From the NCBI GenBank assembly GCA_021108075.1, contig JAIORP010000090.1, positions 79,828 through 143,827 on the forward strand: a stretch of DNA of 64,000 nucleotides, written 5' to 3'. The position numbers and the translations under genes are program-made. The stretch is from Candidatus Omnitrophota bacterium (lineage in GTDB: Bacteria > Omnitrophota > Gorgyraeia > Zapsychrales > Zapsychraceae). The notes beneath the pieces were generated by a model. The model was given only the letters and a program-made list of their open reading frames with translations. It had not been told where the DNA came from and searched no databases. Shown piece by piece: positions 9,339-17,795 of the stretch. Each line of letters starts with the position of its first letter. Position 1 is the stretch's first letter.

Positions 9339-9367
9339 TTGTTCCGGACCGGACCCTGGGGTATAAT
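9339..9367 (+). promoter_or_regulatory. Sigma70-type promoter TTGTTC-17-TATAAT upstream of trkA
   Basis: The spacer and -10 are consensus, about 90 nt upstream of the trkA start. Confidence 0.45.
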
Positions 9368-9458
9368 AGCGACATTCATTGAGGAATATGGTACGTATTC
9401 TTGAAACACGCACTGCGTAGTTTAAATTTGTAGTAACCATAAAAATAGGTTTTGTCTT

Positions 9459-10823
9459 ATGCGCATTATTATTGTTGGAGCTGGACGAATCGGCATGAAT
9501 TTAGCGAAAACGTTAACCAAAGAAAATAATGAAGTTTATATGATTGAAAGTGATCCAGACACAGCCCTCAACGCGGATGAGAAATTGGACGTGAAGGTCA
9601 TTACGGGCAATGGCGCAAATCCGAAAACATTAAAAATAGCCCAAGCTCATCGGGCTGATTTGGTGATTGCTGTGACAATGTCGGATGAAACAAATCTCGT
9701 TGTCAGTTCGTTGGCTTCATACTACGGCGCCAAGCGCTGCATTGCCCGGGTTAGAAATACGAATTTGAGTCAGGAAATTGATAAGAGTGGATATCATCAT
9801 TTTCATATTGATGAAATCATCAATCCGGAAGAGGTTGCGGGAGAAGCCATTGTCAAAACAATTGAAGCGCCGGGCGCTTGTGAAGTTGCGGATTTCGCTG
9901 ATGGCCGAATTCTGTTAAGATCTTTTGATATTTCTTTAGAGTCGTCTTTATGTGGAACTAAAATCAGTGACTTTGGAGATGACGATTTTCCCTGGCCCTT
10001 CTTGATCGTTGCCATTCGTCGGCAAGGAGAAGTGATTATTCCAAAAGGTGAAACACACGTTGAGCGCGATGACCGTATTTATGTTTTATTGCCAACCCCG
10101 TCGTTAGGCGAATTTATAACCTTTGTTGATCCTGAAAGCAGAAAACCAAATAAAATAATTATTTATGGTGCAACTAAGACTGGAGAGCATGTTGCCCAGG
10201 CTTTATTTCAAGACGTTAAGGATATTATTTTGATAGAGGAGAGTCCTCATTTAGCAGCACTCATAGCCAGTCAAATTCCCGGTGTTCGCATCATTAATGG
10301 ATCGGCATCAGAGAAGGACATATTGAAAGAATGTGGAATCGAAGCCGCAGACATTTTCATAGCAGCGACAGATAATGATCATTCCAACTTAATTAGTGCT
10401 GTTTTAGCGAAACGGATGGGCGCAAAAAAAACGATTATCACAACGCAGCAGCCAGATTATACCTCAATTGTTGGGGCATTAGAGATTGATGCGATTGTTA
10501 GTCCGCACTTATTGGCTGTGGAACAGATTTTGCGGTATGTGAGGGGCAAAGGAATTAGCGCCATCACAAAATTTTTAGATTGTGACGCTGAAGCGGTTGA
10601 ATTTATTTGTGAGGCAGGGGCCCCGATAACAAAAAAAGCCCTAAAGGATTTGACTTTTCCTCAAAATTCGATTGTTGGCGCTGTCGATAAAGGGTCAGAA
10701 GTGGTCCTTGCTAAGGGCGACACGCAGATCAATGCTGGCGAACGCGTTATTGTTTTTTGTCAGGAGTCGGCCGTGAAAAAGCTACAGTCTTTATTTACAC
10801 ATAAAAAGATGTTTAAAAAATAA
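9459..10823 (+). CDS. trkA: Trk potassium uptake protein TrkA (two RCK_N/RCK_C pairs)
   Basis: N-terminal Rossmann GAGRIG and a second GxGxxG in the second half. The protein is 454 aa. Confidence 0.9.
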   Translation: MRIIIVGAGRIGMNLAKTLTKENNEVYMIESDPDTALNADEKLDVKVITGNGANPKTLKIAQAHRADLVIAVTMSDETNLVVSSLASYYGAKRCIARVRNTNLSQEIDKSGYHHFHIDEIINPEEVAGEAIVKTIEAPGACEVADFADGRILLRSFDISLESSLCGTKISDFGDDDFPWPFLIVAIRRQGEVIIPKGETHVERDDRIYVLLPTPSLGEFITFVDPESRKPNKIIIYGATKTGEHVAQALFQDVKDIILIEESPHLAALIASQIPGVRIINGSASEKDILKECGIEAADIFIAATDNDHSNLISAVLAKRMGAKKTIITTQQPDYTSIVGALEIDAIVSPHLLAVEQILRYVRGKGISAITKFLDCDAEAVEFICEAGAPITKKALKDLTFPQNSIVGAVDKGSEVVLAKGDTQINAGERVIVFCQESAVKKLQSLFTHKKMFKK

Positions 10824-10847
10824 TTTATTCGGAGTCAATGCGGAATA

Positions 10848-10950
10848 ATACCAAATCCATCAAATAATTGTCCTATTTGAATGCTAATATTCTCGTTTAG
10901 ACGTCGAGAATATCGCAATGACTCTGATAATTATTTGATGGATTTGGTAC
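10848..10950. repeat. MITE/REP-like dispersed repeat, copy b (subfamily B: core GAATGCTAATATTCTCG...CGAGAATAT)
   Basis: TIRs ATACCAAATCCATCAAATAATTG / CAATTATTTGATGGATTTGGTAC with a nested inner inverted repeat ATTCTCG...CGAGAAT. Related to copies c, d and g. Confidence 0.65.
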
Positions 10951-10993
10951 AATTGGCTAAATGTAGAATTTTATTTTTATTTTATATCCTCCT

Positions 10994-12448
10994 ATGCATA
11001 AAAGATTTATTGCAAATATCATTTCCAGGATCGTTCTAATTGTTTGTTGCTTTCTGTTCGTTCCTTTGATTTGGGCGATCCTTGCTGATCCAAACAGCAC
11101 AGAGGTTAAAGCTTTTATCTATACCATTTTGTTCGGATCGGCCGGGGCCTTGATTATTCTTAAAAACGTTAAATTAAGAGCATCTGATCATGATAAATTA
11201 AATGCCAAGGATGGTTTAGCTATTGTGGGATTGTCTTGGGTTATTCTTTCTGCTTTGGGAGCCTTACCATTATACTTAACAAACACCGTTCCTTCCTACA
11301 CAGACGCATACTTTGAAATTGTTAGTGGCTTTACGACAACAGGAGCAACCGTTATAACAGAGATTGAGTCCTTGCCTCGCGGAATTATGTTCTGGCGCAG
11401 TCTAACGCACTGGCTTGGTGGTATGGGGATTATTGTGCTGTATTTAGCGCTTTTACCCGCCTTTGGTTCAAACGCATTTCAGTTATATAAAGCGGAAGCT
11501 CCCGGCATAACGGTTGAGCGAACAGAACCCCGCATTACGGAAACAGCCAAGACACTGTGGGGTGTTTATTTTCTTTTATCCTTTTTAGAAACGTGTTTAT
11601 TGATGTTCGGGGGGATGCCTTTCTACGATGCCTTATGTCACACTTTTGGCACAATGGCGACGGGGGGATTTTCGACTAAAAATACCAGTATTTCTGCGTA
11701 TGACCCATATATTCAGTGGGTCATTATTGTTTTTATGTTTTTGGCCGGCTGCAATTTTATGTTGCATTACCAGGCTTTGAAAGGAAGATTAAAAGGATAT
11801 ATCAGAAATGAAGAGTTCCAGTCTTATTTGTTTGTTATTTTAGGGTCGATTGTTGTCTTTAGTTTGATTTTATTCTTCGGGCAATATTCCAACGCGCCTG
11901 TAAGAGATGCCACCTTTCAAGTTGTCGCGATAATCACAACAACCGGTTTTTGCACAGCTGATTTTGACTTGTGGCCTCATTTTTTGCGTTTTGCACTGGT
12001 TTGTTTGATGTTCATTGGTGGGTGCGGAGGATCAACAGGCGGCGGAATGAAAATTGTGCGGTTTTTTCTTTCTATTAAAATCGCCTTTCGATCGGTTATC
12101 CAAACGATTTTTCCAAACGCGGTTGTGTCTGTTCGGTTTAACGGAGCAGCTTGTTCAGAAAGGATTTTAAGGGCCGTTAGCGCTTATTTTATCATTTTTA
12201 TGTTTTTGTTTTTTTTGGGAGCGATTGTGTTGACCATTACCGATCAATGTGATTTGGTCACTGCATTTTCTGCCTCAATCGCTTCTTTAAGCAATATTGG
12301 CCCAGGATTAGCAAAGGTTGGAGCCGTTCAAAACTATGCGTGGATATCTCTTCCCGGCAAGTGGATGCTGATTTTTTTAATGTTAGCTGGCAGATTAGAG
12401 CTTTATTCGATTTTGATCCTCTTTCATCCGGCTACCTGGCGAAAATGA
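10994..12448 (+). CDS. trkH: Trk potassium uptake transporter TrkH
   Basis: Polytopic membrane protein with TrkH/KtrB-type repeated MPM motifs (GFSTxN-like). It follows trkA. Confidence 0.9.
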   Translation: MHKRFIANIISRIVLIVCCFLFVPLIWAILADPNSTEVKAFIYTILFGSAGALIILKNVKLRASDHDKLNAKDGLAIVGLSWVILSALGALPLYLTNTVPSYTDAYFEIVSGFTTTGATVITEIESLPRGIMFWRSLTHWLGGMGIIVLYLALLPAFGSNAFQLYKAEAPGITVERTEPRITETAKTLWGVYFLLSFLETCLLMFGGMPFYDALCHTFGTMATGGFSTKNTSISAYDPYIQWVIIVFMFLAGCNFMLHYQALKGRLKGYIRNEEFQSYLFVILGSIVVFSLILFFGQYSNAPVRDATFQVVAIITTTGFCTADFDLWPHFLRFALVCLMFIGGCGGSTGGGMKIVRFFLSIKIAFRSVIQTIFPNAVVSVRFNGAACSERILRAVSAYFIIFMFLFFLGAIVLTITDQCDLVTAFSASIASLSNIGPGLAKVGAVQNYAWISLPGKWMLIFLMLAGRLELYSILILFHPATWRK

Positions 12449-12451
12449 CCT

Positions 12452-12487
12452 GACCGGTCTCTTTTTCCCCGGTCCTATTTTTTTTAA
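12452..12487 (+). terminator. Rho-independent terminator after trkH
   Basis: Hairpin GACCGG(tctctttttcc)CCGGTC followed by CTATTTTTTTT. Confidence 0.6.
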
Positions 12488-12627
12488 TTTATCTTGATGT
12501 CTTCTGGTAAATAAAGTAGATTAATAACATATTTGGTCTATTTGAGCATAACTCGTTCAGATTTTTCGTTTTTTTTAAAACGGGAATGGCTCAACACAGG
12601 GGTGGCAAAAAAACACAAAAAACTGTT

Positions 12628-12654
12628 TTGAGAAAATGTAATTACTGCTACAAT
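12628..12654 (+). promoter_or_regulatory. Candidate promoter TTGAGA-15-TACAAT for the GNAT-E1 gene
   Basis: Good -10 TACAAT but a short 15-bp spacer. The alternative pairing is TTTTGA-17-TACAAT. Confidence 0.3.
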
Positions 12655-12699
12655 GTCACCATAAAATAGGGTTTTGTTTTATTCTACGGTGTTTATATC

Positions 12700-12750
12700 T
12701 AGCCATGCATTATGGAAGCACCATAACATGGTGTCTTTTTTTTTCTAATT
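12700..12750 (+). promoter_or_regulatory. Leader hairpins with a terminator-like element (possible attenuator) upstream of the GNAT-E1 gene
   Basis: Hairpin CCATGCATTATGG followed by CACCAT(aac)ATGGTG and a T9 run, about 45 nt before the CDS start. It also encodes a 16-codon mini-ORF, MHYGSTITWCLFFSNF. Confidence 0.4.
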
Positions 12751-12796
12751 TTTAGTTGTGGTGAAATTAATGATTTTTAAAAAAATATAAAGAGGG

Positions 12797-14314
12797 ATGC
12801 GCATGTATCATTTTAAAGAAGCTCAGACAGAGCAAGAATATCAAAAAATATATGCATTACGTTATCAGGTGTATTGTCTTGAAAACGATTGGTTGCCTCC
12901 GGAAAATTATCCGAATAATCTAGAAAAAGATTTTTATGATGCGTATTCAAAACATTTTTATGCGGAAGATAAAAATGGCGAGGTTATAGGAACCATTCGT
13001 TTGATTTTACCCCATAAAATTCCGTTACACAGAACCTTGCCGATCGTTGATCATCCCAATGTCCAGCTCCATACCTTTAGCGTTCCCAATCAATGTGCTG
13101 AGATTTCCCGTTTAGTGGTCAACAAAAAAGTACGGAGAGGCGACATTGCCTTAGGATTATACCGAATCCTCTATCAATATGCGCGTGATAACGATATTCA
13201 GCACTGGTACATTTTGGTTGATGAGATTTTTTTGAAAATTTTACAAAAATTAGGGTTTCCGTTTAAACCTTTTGCCTGCCCGGGGGAATACATGGGTATC
13301 ACGATACCGGCGGAATCTCCTCTTGATGCGATTGAGCATCACCTGCAATTTAAGAATGCGCAATTTTTTGAATGGTTTCAGGATACGTCCACAGTTTTAA
13401 AAGAAACGCGGTTAATGTCTAAGTTTTTCAGGACCCAGGACAGATACGCTATTCCTAAAAAAGGTATTTATTCAAGAAATTGGGCTTTTATTTCTCGCTC
13501 GCTGCAAGACAAGCTGAAAGACACCCGTATGTTTATTGCCGGGTCAGGATTGGGAAGCGTTATCGCGCAAACAGCCGTTCGAACGGGCATCGGACGTTTT
13601 ATTGTCGCGGATGGTGATCGGGTGGAAGTCTCAAATTTAAACCGTCAGGCATTTAATAGCCGTGATCTTTCGCAGAACAAGGCTTGGGCGACTGCGAATA
13701 TGATCAAACGGATCCATCCGGATGTTGAAGTAGAGGTTATTGATGAATTTTTGACCCCAAAAACGTTAGCTGCGCCGATCAGCAAAGCAGATATTATTGT
13801 CAACACCATTGATTTTGACCACCCCGCTTTTTTGGATTGTAACCGCAAAGCAAGAAATCTTGGCAAAACGGTTTTTTTTCCTATAAACATTGGCTGGGGG
13901 GGGGCGTTGTTAATATTTACGCCGGAATCTCCGACCCTGGAGGAAGTGTTAGGCCTGACTCCGCTCAAACAATATTCTTTTGATCAAATAAAACAGAAAT
14001 TAATTCGAAAAATTATCAGTTCAGAAATTCCGGATTATCTTTTATCCCTGGTTGATATTTTTGAAAGTCCTGTAGCTGGTGAATGGTACAATGATCCACA
14101 AATGTCTGTTGGATGCTCTATTTCTTCATCCCTGGTTGTGACAGCAGCGGTTTCCATTGTCGCAGGACAATCGGTAAAAGTTGTCCCGGATCACACATAT
14201 ATTGATTTTCATGAATTAGTTCAGCAAAAATTTCAGGGCTTACATTCCATTGATGATCTGATTCAGAATTACGGATTTGTTGATCCAATACATAATGTTG
14301 GTGCAGGAATATAA
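12797..14314 (+). CDS. Two-domain fusion: N-terminal GNAT (FeeM/LuxI-like N-acyl amino acid synthase-type) and C-terminal ThiF/MoeB/E1-like adenylyltransferase
   Basis: The N-terminal 200 aa carry the YALRYQVYCLENDW motif typical of FeeM-type GNATs. The C-terminal 270 aa carry the E1 nucleotide-binding signature AGSGLGSVIAQTAVRTGIGRFIVADGDRVEVSNLNRQ. Confidence 0.7.
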   Translation: MRMYHFKEAQTEQEYQKIYALRYQVYCLENDWLPPENYPNNLEKDFYDAYSKHFYAEDKNGEVIGTIRLILPHKIPLHRTLPIVDHPNVQLHTFSVPNQCAEISRLVVNKKVRRGDIALGLYRILYQYARDNDIQHWYILVDEIFLKILQKLGFPFKPFACPGEYMGITIPAESPLDAIEHHLQFKNAQFFEWFQDTSTVLKETRLMSKFFRTQDRYAIPKKGIYSRNWAFISRSLQDKLKDTRMFIAGSGLGSVIAQTAVRTGIGRFIVADGDRVEVSNLNRQAFNSRDLSQNKAWATANMIKRIHPDVEVEVIDEFLTPKTLAAPISKADIIVNTIDFDHPAFLDCNRKARNLGKTVFFPINIGWGGALLIFTPESPTLEEVLGLTPLKQYSFDQIKQKLIRKIISSEIPDYLLSLVDIFESPVAGEWYNDPQMSVGCSISSSLVVTAAVSIVAGQSVKVVPDHTYIDFHELVQQKFQGLHSIDDLIQNYGFVDPIHNVGAGI

Positions 14315-14329
14315 TTTAATCAGACATGA

Positions 14330-14360
14330 AAAGCCTCCATTTTTATGGGGGCTTTTTTTG
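14330..14360 (+). terminator. Rho-independent terminator after the GNAT-E1 gene
   Basis: Hairpin AAGCCTCC(atttttat)GGGGGCTT followed by TTTTTTT. Confidence 0.55.
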
Positions 14361-14454
14361 TGGGCGTAGAACCGTCAGGCGTGAGCCGGTGTTTTTTTAC
14401 GGCAAGTCGGAGGACATCGGTTGTGCCAATGTTTATAACAACCGTTTGCAAGTT

Positions 14455-14555
14455 GAAAATATTTGGTATAATTATCCTATTTGAATGCTAATATTTTCAT
14501 TCAAACGTCGAGAATATTATAATGACTTTGGTAATTTTTTAATGGATTTGACATT
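14455..14555. repeat. MITE/REP-like repeat, copy c (subfamily B, degenerate left end)
   Basis: CCTATTTGAATGCTAATATTTTCATTCAAACGTCGAGAATATTATAATGACTTTGGTAATTTTTTAATGGATTTGACAT aligns with copy b. Confidence 0.55.
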
Positions 14556-14597
14556 ATTAGCCTGTTTAGAGCTTGAAAGTCATAAAAAGGAATTGCG

Positions 14598-15326
14598 ATG
14601 AAAAAGAACACAGTGAAAATTACAAATTTTCAGCTAAAAACCGCGCAGATTATTTCAGATAAATATGAGGTTGTATCAAAATTGGGTTCAGGTTGGGAAG
14701 GAGAAGTTTATAAGATTAGGGAAATGCGAACAGGGATTGAGCGGGCCGCGAAGTTGTTTTTTCCGCAACGCAACATCAATCATAAGGCGTCTTGTTTTTA
14801 TGCGCGAAAATTACACAAATTACGCAAATGTCAAATATTGATTCAGTATCACACGGAAGAAACATTGTATTTTGATGGGCTTCCCATCACTATGTTGGTT
14901 TCTGAATATGTCGAAGGACAGCTCCTCTCTGATTTTGTGCGATCGTTTCCCGGGAAAAAATTGACGCCATTTCAGGCGTTGCATCTATTATATTCCCTTG
15001 TCAAAGGGATTGAAGACATTCACTTGCTGAATGAGTATCATGGCGATTTGCATTCCGACAATGTGATTGTTAACCGGTTTGGTTTGTATTTTGAATTAAA
15101 GCTTTTGGACATGTTTCATTGGTCTTCACCCAGCAAAGCTAATCGGGAAGATGATCTGTGCGAACTGATTCATATTTTTTATGATTCACTCGGGGGCGCA
15201 AAATATTATTCCAAGTTCCCACAAGAAATAAAAAAAATATGCTGTGGGTTAAAAAAGGGTTTGATTCTAAAAAAATTTAGGACAGTTTCCCAGTTGCGGG
15301 AATATTTAGAAACGATGAAATGGTAA
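14598..15326 (+). CDS. Small atypical protein kinase-like protein (RIO/Bud32/Kdo-kinase-like fold)
   Basis: Glycine loop LGSGWEGEVYK, lysine AAK, catalytic loop HGDLHSDNVIV and a downstream LLDMF. The protein is 242 aa. Confidence 0.55.
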   Translation: MKKNTVKITNFQLKTAQIISDKYEVVSKLGSGWEGEVYKIREMRTGIERAAKLFFPQRNINHKASCFYARKLHKLRKCQILIQYHTEETLYFDGLPITMLVSEYVEGQLLSDFVRSFPGKKLTPFQALHLLYSLVKGIEDIHLLNEYHGDLHSDNVIVNRFGLYFELKLLDMFHWSSPSKANREDDLCELIHIFYDSLGGAKYYSKFPQEIKKICCGLKKGLILKKFRTVSQLREYLETMKW

Positions 15327-15432
15327 TACCAATTCCATTAAATAATGACCCAAATTTTATCTCGCTTTTCTCGAATGCTTTTATGGGAACAGCGAGATGA
15401 AATCAGAAATATTATTTAATGGAATTGGTCGT
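15326..15432. repeat. MITE/REP-like repeat, copy d (subfamily B) with covarying TIRs
   Basis: Left TIR ATACCAATTCCATTAAATAATG and right TIR ATTATTTAATGGAATTGGT, which are exact reverse complements and carry the AATT variant. There is an inner inverted repeat ATCTCGCT...AGCGAGAT. Confidence 0.55.
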
Positions 15433-15495
15433 GTCAAATGGGTCTTTATTTTCTGTAATTGGTATAAATATCAGGGAAAGGGAAGGGCTCTGTGC

Positions 15496-16284
15496 ATGTC
15501 CAGGATGACATTTAAAAAATATGGAAATAGCCCTTCGGTCGTCCTTGTCCATGGAGGGCCGGGAGCGGCTGGGGAAATGACACCGGTTGCAGAAGAATTA
15601 TCAGCTAAGTTCGATATTCTTGAACCATGGCAAACAGCACGAACAATTGAGGGGCAAGTTGAAGAGCTGGCAAAAATTATAAAAAATGAAGCGGTGTGTC
15701 CGGTTATCTTAATGGGGTTTTCATGGGGAGCCTGGCTGATTTGTTTTGTCGCCGCACAGTATCCGGATATTGTTAAAAAATTGGTGCTTATTAGTAGCGC
15801 TCCTTTTGAGCAATCCTGTGCTGACGTGATTCAACAAAAACGATTCGAACGCATGAATGCTGCTGACCGTCAAAAAGTTCGTTTATGGACCCGAGAACTG
15901 CAAGACATCACGAATGATCATCGGGATGAGATCTTGTTGGAAATAGGTTTGAGTTATGAAAAAGCTGACACATTTATTCCGTTGCAGGATGTGAAAAATG
16001 ACATCGAATTTGATGCGAATATCTATCGGCAAATTTGGCCGCAAGCCACTCAATGGCGCAGGGAAGGAAGGCTTTTAGATTTACGGGAGAAGATTCAATG
16101 CCCTGTTGTTGCTCTGCATGGAGATTATGACCCCCATCCAGCACAAGGCGTTTTTGAGCCGCTCAAACATCTTGCCTCTTTTCGTTTTATCGTATTGTCT
16201 CAATGCGGACATAAACCCTGGGTCGAGAAATTAGTTCGGGAACGTTTCTATGATATTTTAAGGGATATTATTGATGAAGCGTAA
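15496..16284 (+). CDS. Alpha/beta-fold hydrolase
   Basis: VVLVHGGPG and nucleophile elbow GFSWGA. I moved the start to the ATG at 15496 because the track start at 15397 lies inside repeat copy d. An SD-like GGGAAGGG sits upstream. Confidence 0.65.
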   Translation: MSRMTFKKYGNSPSVVLVHGGPGAAGEMTPVAEELSAKFDILEPWQTARTIEGQVEELAKIIKNEAVCPVILMGFSWGAWLICFVAAQYPDIVKKLVLISSAPFEQSCADVIQQKRFERMNAADRQKVRLWTRELQDITNDHRDEILLEIGLSYEKADTFIPLQDVKNDIEFDANIYRQIWPQATQWRREGRLLDLREKIQCPVVALHGDYDPHPAQGVFEPLKHLASFRFIVLSQCGHKPWVEKLVRERFYDILRDIIDEA

Positions 16285-16524
16285 TGCGCGATGGCGATTG
16301 CGTCAGATACAGCCGGTGAAAATATGGAACGGTCGTCAATCAAAGTCTAAGAGATGTGATTATTTTCATGCTTGAGACCTAAATGGATATTCGGCGTGCG
16401 CGCAGATTGTTTGAAAAATTATTTTTTTAAAAAAAATATGTCGACAGATATACAAATAGATGAAATGATGATGAGTATTTCAAGTTCCCTTTACTTAAAT
16501 AATAGGTAAAAAAAAGGACAAAAT

Positions 16525-17055
16525 ATGAAAAAAAGTATTTTTTTCCATTGTTTATCCAGAATATTGTTTGTTATCCTTTTGTTGGTGATATTTCGTCCGG
16601 CTGTTTCGGAATCCGTTGTTATCGTAATAGATGAAATCGATTTGTATTTGGACGGATACAAATTGAAGGACAATTCGGTTATCATTGAGATTGGAGATGG
16701 GCATCGCAGTGTATGTGAATATGGAAAATGTAGTAAATCAATAACAAAAGATACCGCTGAAACCGTCTATTTTTATAAGACAGGTAATAAGCATATGTTA
16801 AATTGTTTTTCTTACGCTCGACCTGCTTGTGATCAATTTAAGACAATGGATGCTTATGAGCTGTATTTGAATGAGCATGTCGATAAAGCCATTTTTACAT
16901 GGAAAGTAACTTTTTCCCTTCCCAATGAAGAAGAAAAAGCAGTTGAACCTGATGCCTGGGTCAGCATCGGTCGGTGCTTTAACCTCGAGTTATCAGATGG
17001 TGTTTTAACGCAAAAAACTTGTGTCAAAAAGCAAGAAATGATGGACGCCAAATAA
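16525..17055 (+). CDS. Secreted Cys-containing hypothetical protein (signal peptide)
   Basis: N-terminal signal peptide. No recognisable domain. Confidence 0.45.
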   Translation: MKKSIFFHCLSRILFVILLLVIFRPAVSESVVIVIDEIDLYLDGYKLKDNSVIIEIGDGHRSVCEYGKCSKSITKDTAETVYFYKTGNKHMLNCFSYARPACDQFKTMDAYELYLNEHVDKAIFTWKVTFSLPNEEEKAVEPDAWVSIGRCFNLELSDGVLTQKTCVKKQEMMDAK

Positions 17056-17129
17056 ATTTTTTTAAGTAAGACGCTGTATTCTTTTAGCGGACGCCCTTCT
17101 GTTTGTCATCTTCTATAAGGTCAAGACGC

Positions 17130-17714
17130 ATGCCACAAATAAATCGAAAAGATATATGGACGCTGTGTTTCCTGTTCAGTCTTATCGTTTTTGTTGTGAT
17201 CCTCTACCTTCTGTTTAAGGGGCAACAAACCATCTACTATAGCCCCGTTTTTAATTCCCAGGGGAAATCGGTCGCCTATATCAAACGCATGGTGGATTAT
17301 CAGGTGGAAGGGGGCAGTCTGATCCCTTTTATGGGAGAACAAGTAACAATATCGGTAAAATCAGACCGCCTACAGTTGTGTCAAAAAGACTTGGAGAGCA
17401 ATAAGGAGACGGTTATTCATGATTGGATGATCGATTTGGACCAAAGGAACAAATTGGGGGGTGTCTGGGTTCGGCTTGATTGGCATGGCCCTGTCCTGAA
17501 GTATTATGTTCGATTGACAGACTATGGCCAGATTCATCTGGGCCAGGAAAAGAATGGACCGTCCGGATTGGAATGGATATTAACAAATACCCGGGAGCGG
17601 GAGTTGATCAAACATGGACCGATAGAGGTTGGAGTGGTGCAGGTTTTTTTGAATGCTGATCCTGAAAAAATACGCTTTCCTTATGTGAATAGGCTTATCA
17701 TCGAAAAAAGATAG
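17130..17714 (+). CDS. Membrane-anchored hypothetical protein
   Basis: Single N-terminal TM segment LCFLFSLIVFVVILYLLF. Start chosen at MPQINRK. Confidence 0.4.
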   Translation: MPQINRKDIWTLCFLFSLIVFVVILYLLFKGQQTIYYSPVFNSQGKSVAYIKRMVDYQVEGGSLIPFMGEQVTISVKSDRLQLCQKDLESNKETVIHDWMIDLDQRNKLGGVWVRLDWHGPVLKYYVRLTDYGQIHLGQEKNGPSGLEWILTNTRERELIKHGPIEVGVVQVFLNADPEKIRFPYVNRLIIEKR

Positions 17715-17795
17715 CATTTTTTGGAATTTTGTAGCATAATAGTAAAGATATATTTTTGTCCATATTCTAAATTTATGATACAGGGGGGGAGTAAA

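Noticed and set aside
9368-9458. c-di-AMP (ydaO/kimA) riboswitch in the trkA leader
   Set aside because: The leader is only about 90 nt, with none of the conserved ydaO pseudo-symmetric motifs. Only a small hairpin is present.
12705-12755. 16-codon ORF MHYGSTITWCLFFSNF as a definite precursor peptide for the E1-like enzyme
   Set aside because: It has no Shine-Dalgarno sequence and coincides with a hairpin plus T-run that is better explained as an RNA attenuator. It is kept only as a low-confidence note.
15397-15495. Upstream extension of the alpha/beta hydrolase ORF
   Set aside because: The extension is encoded by repeat copy d (TIR and inner palindrome). A downstream ATG with an SD-like sequence gives a normal hydrolase N-terminus.
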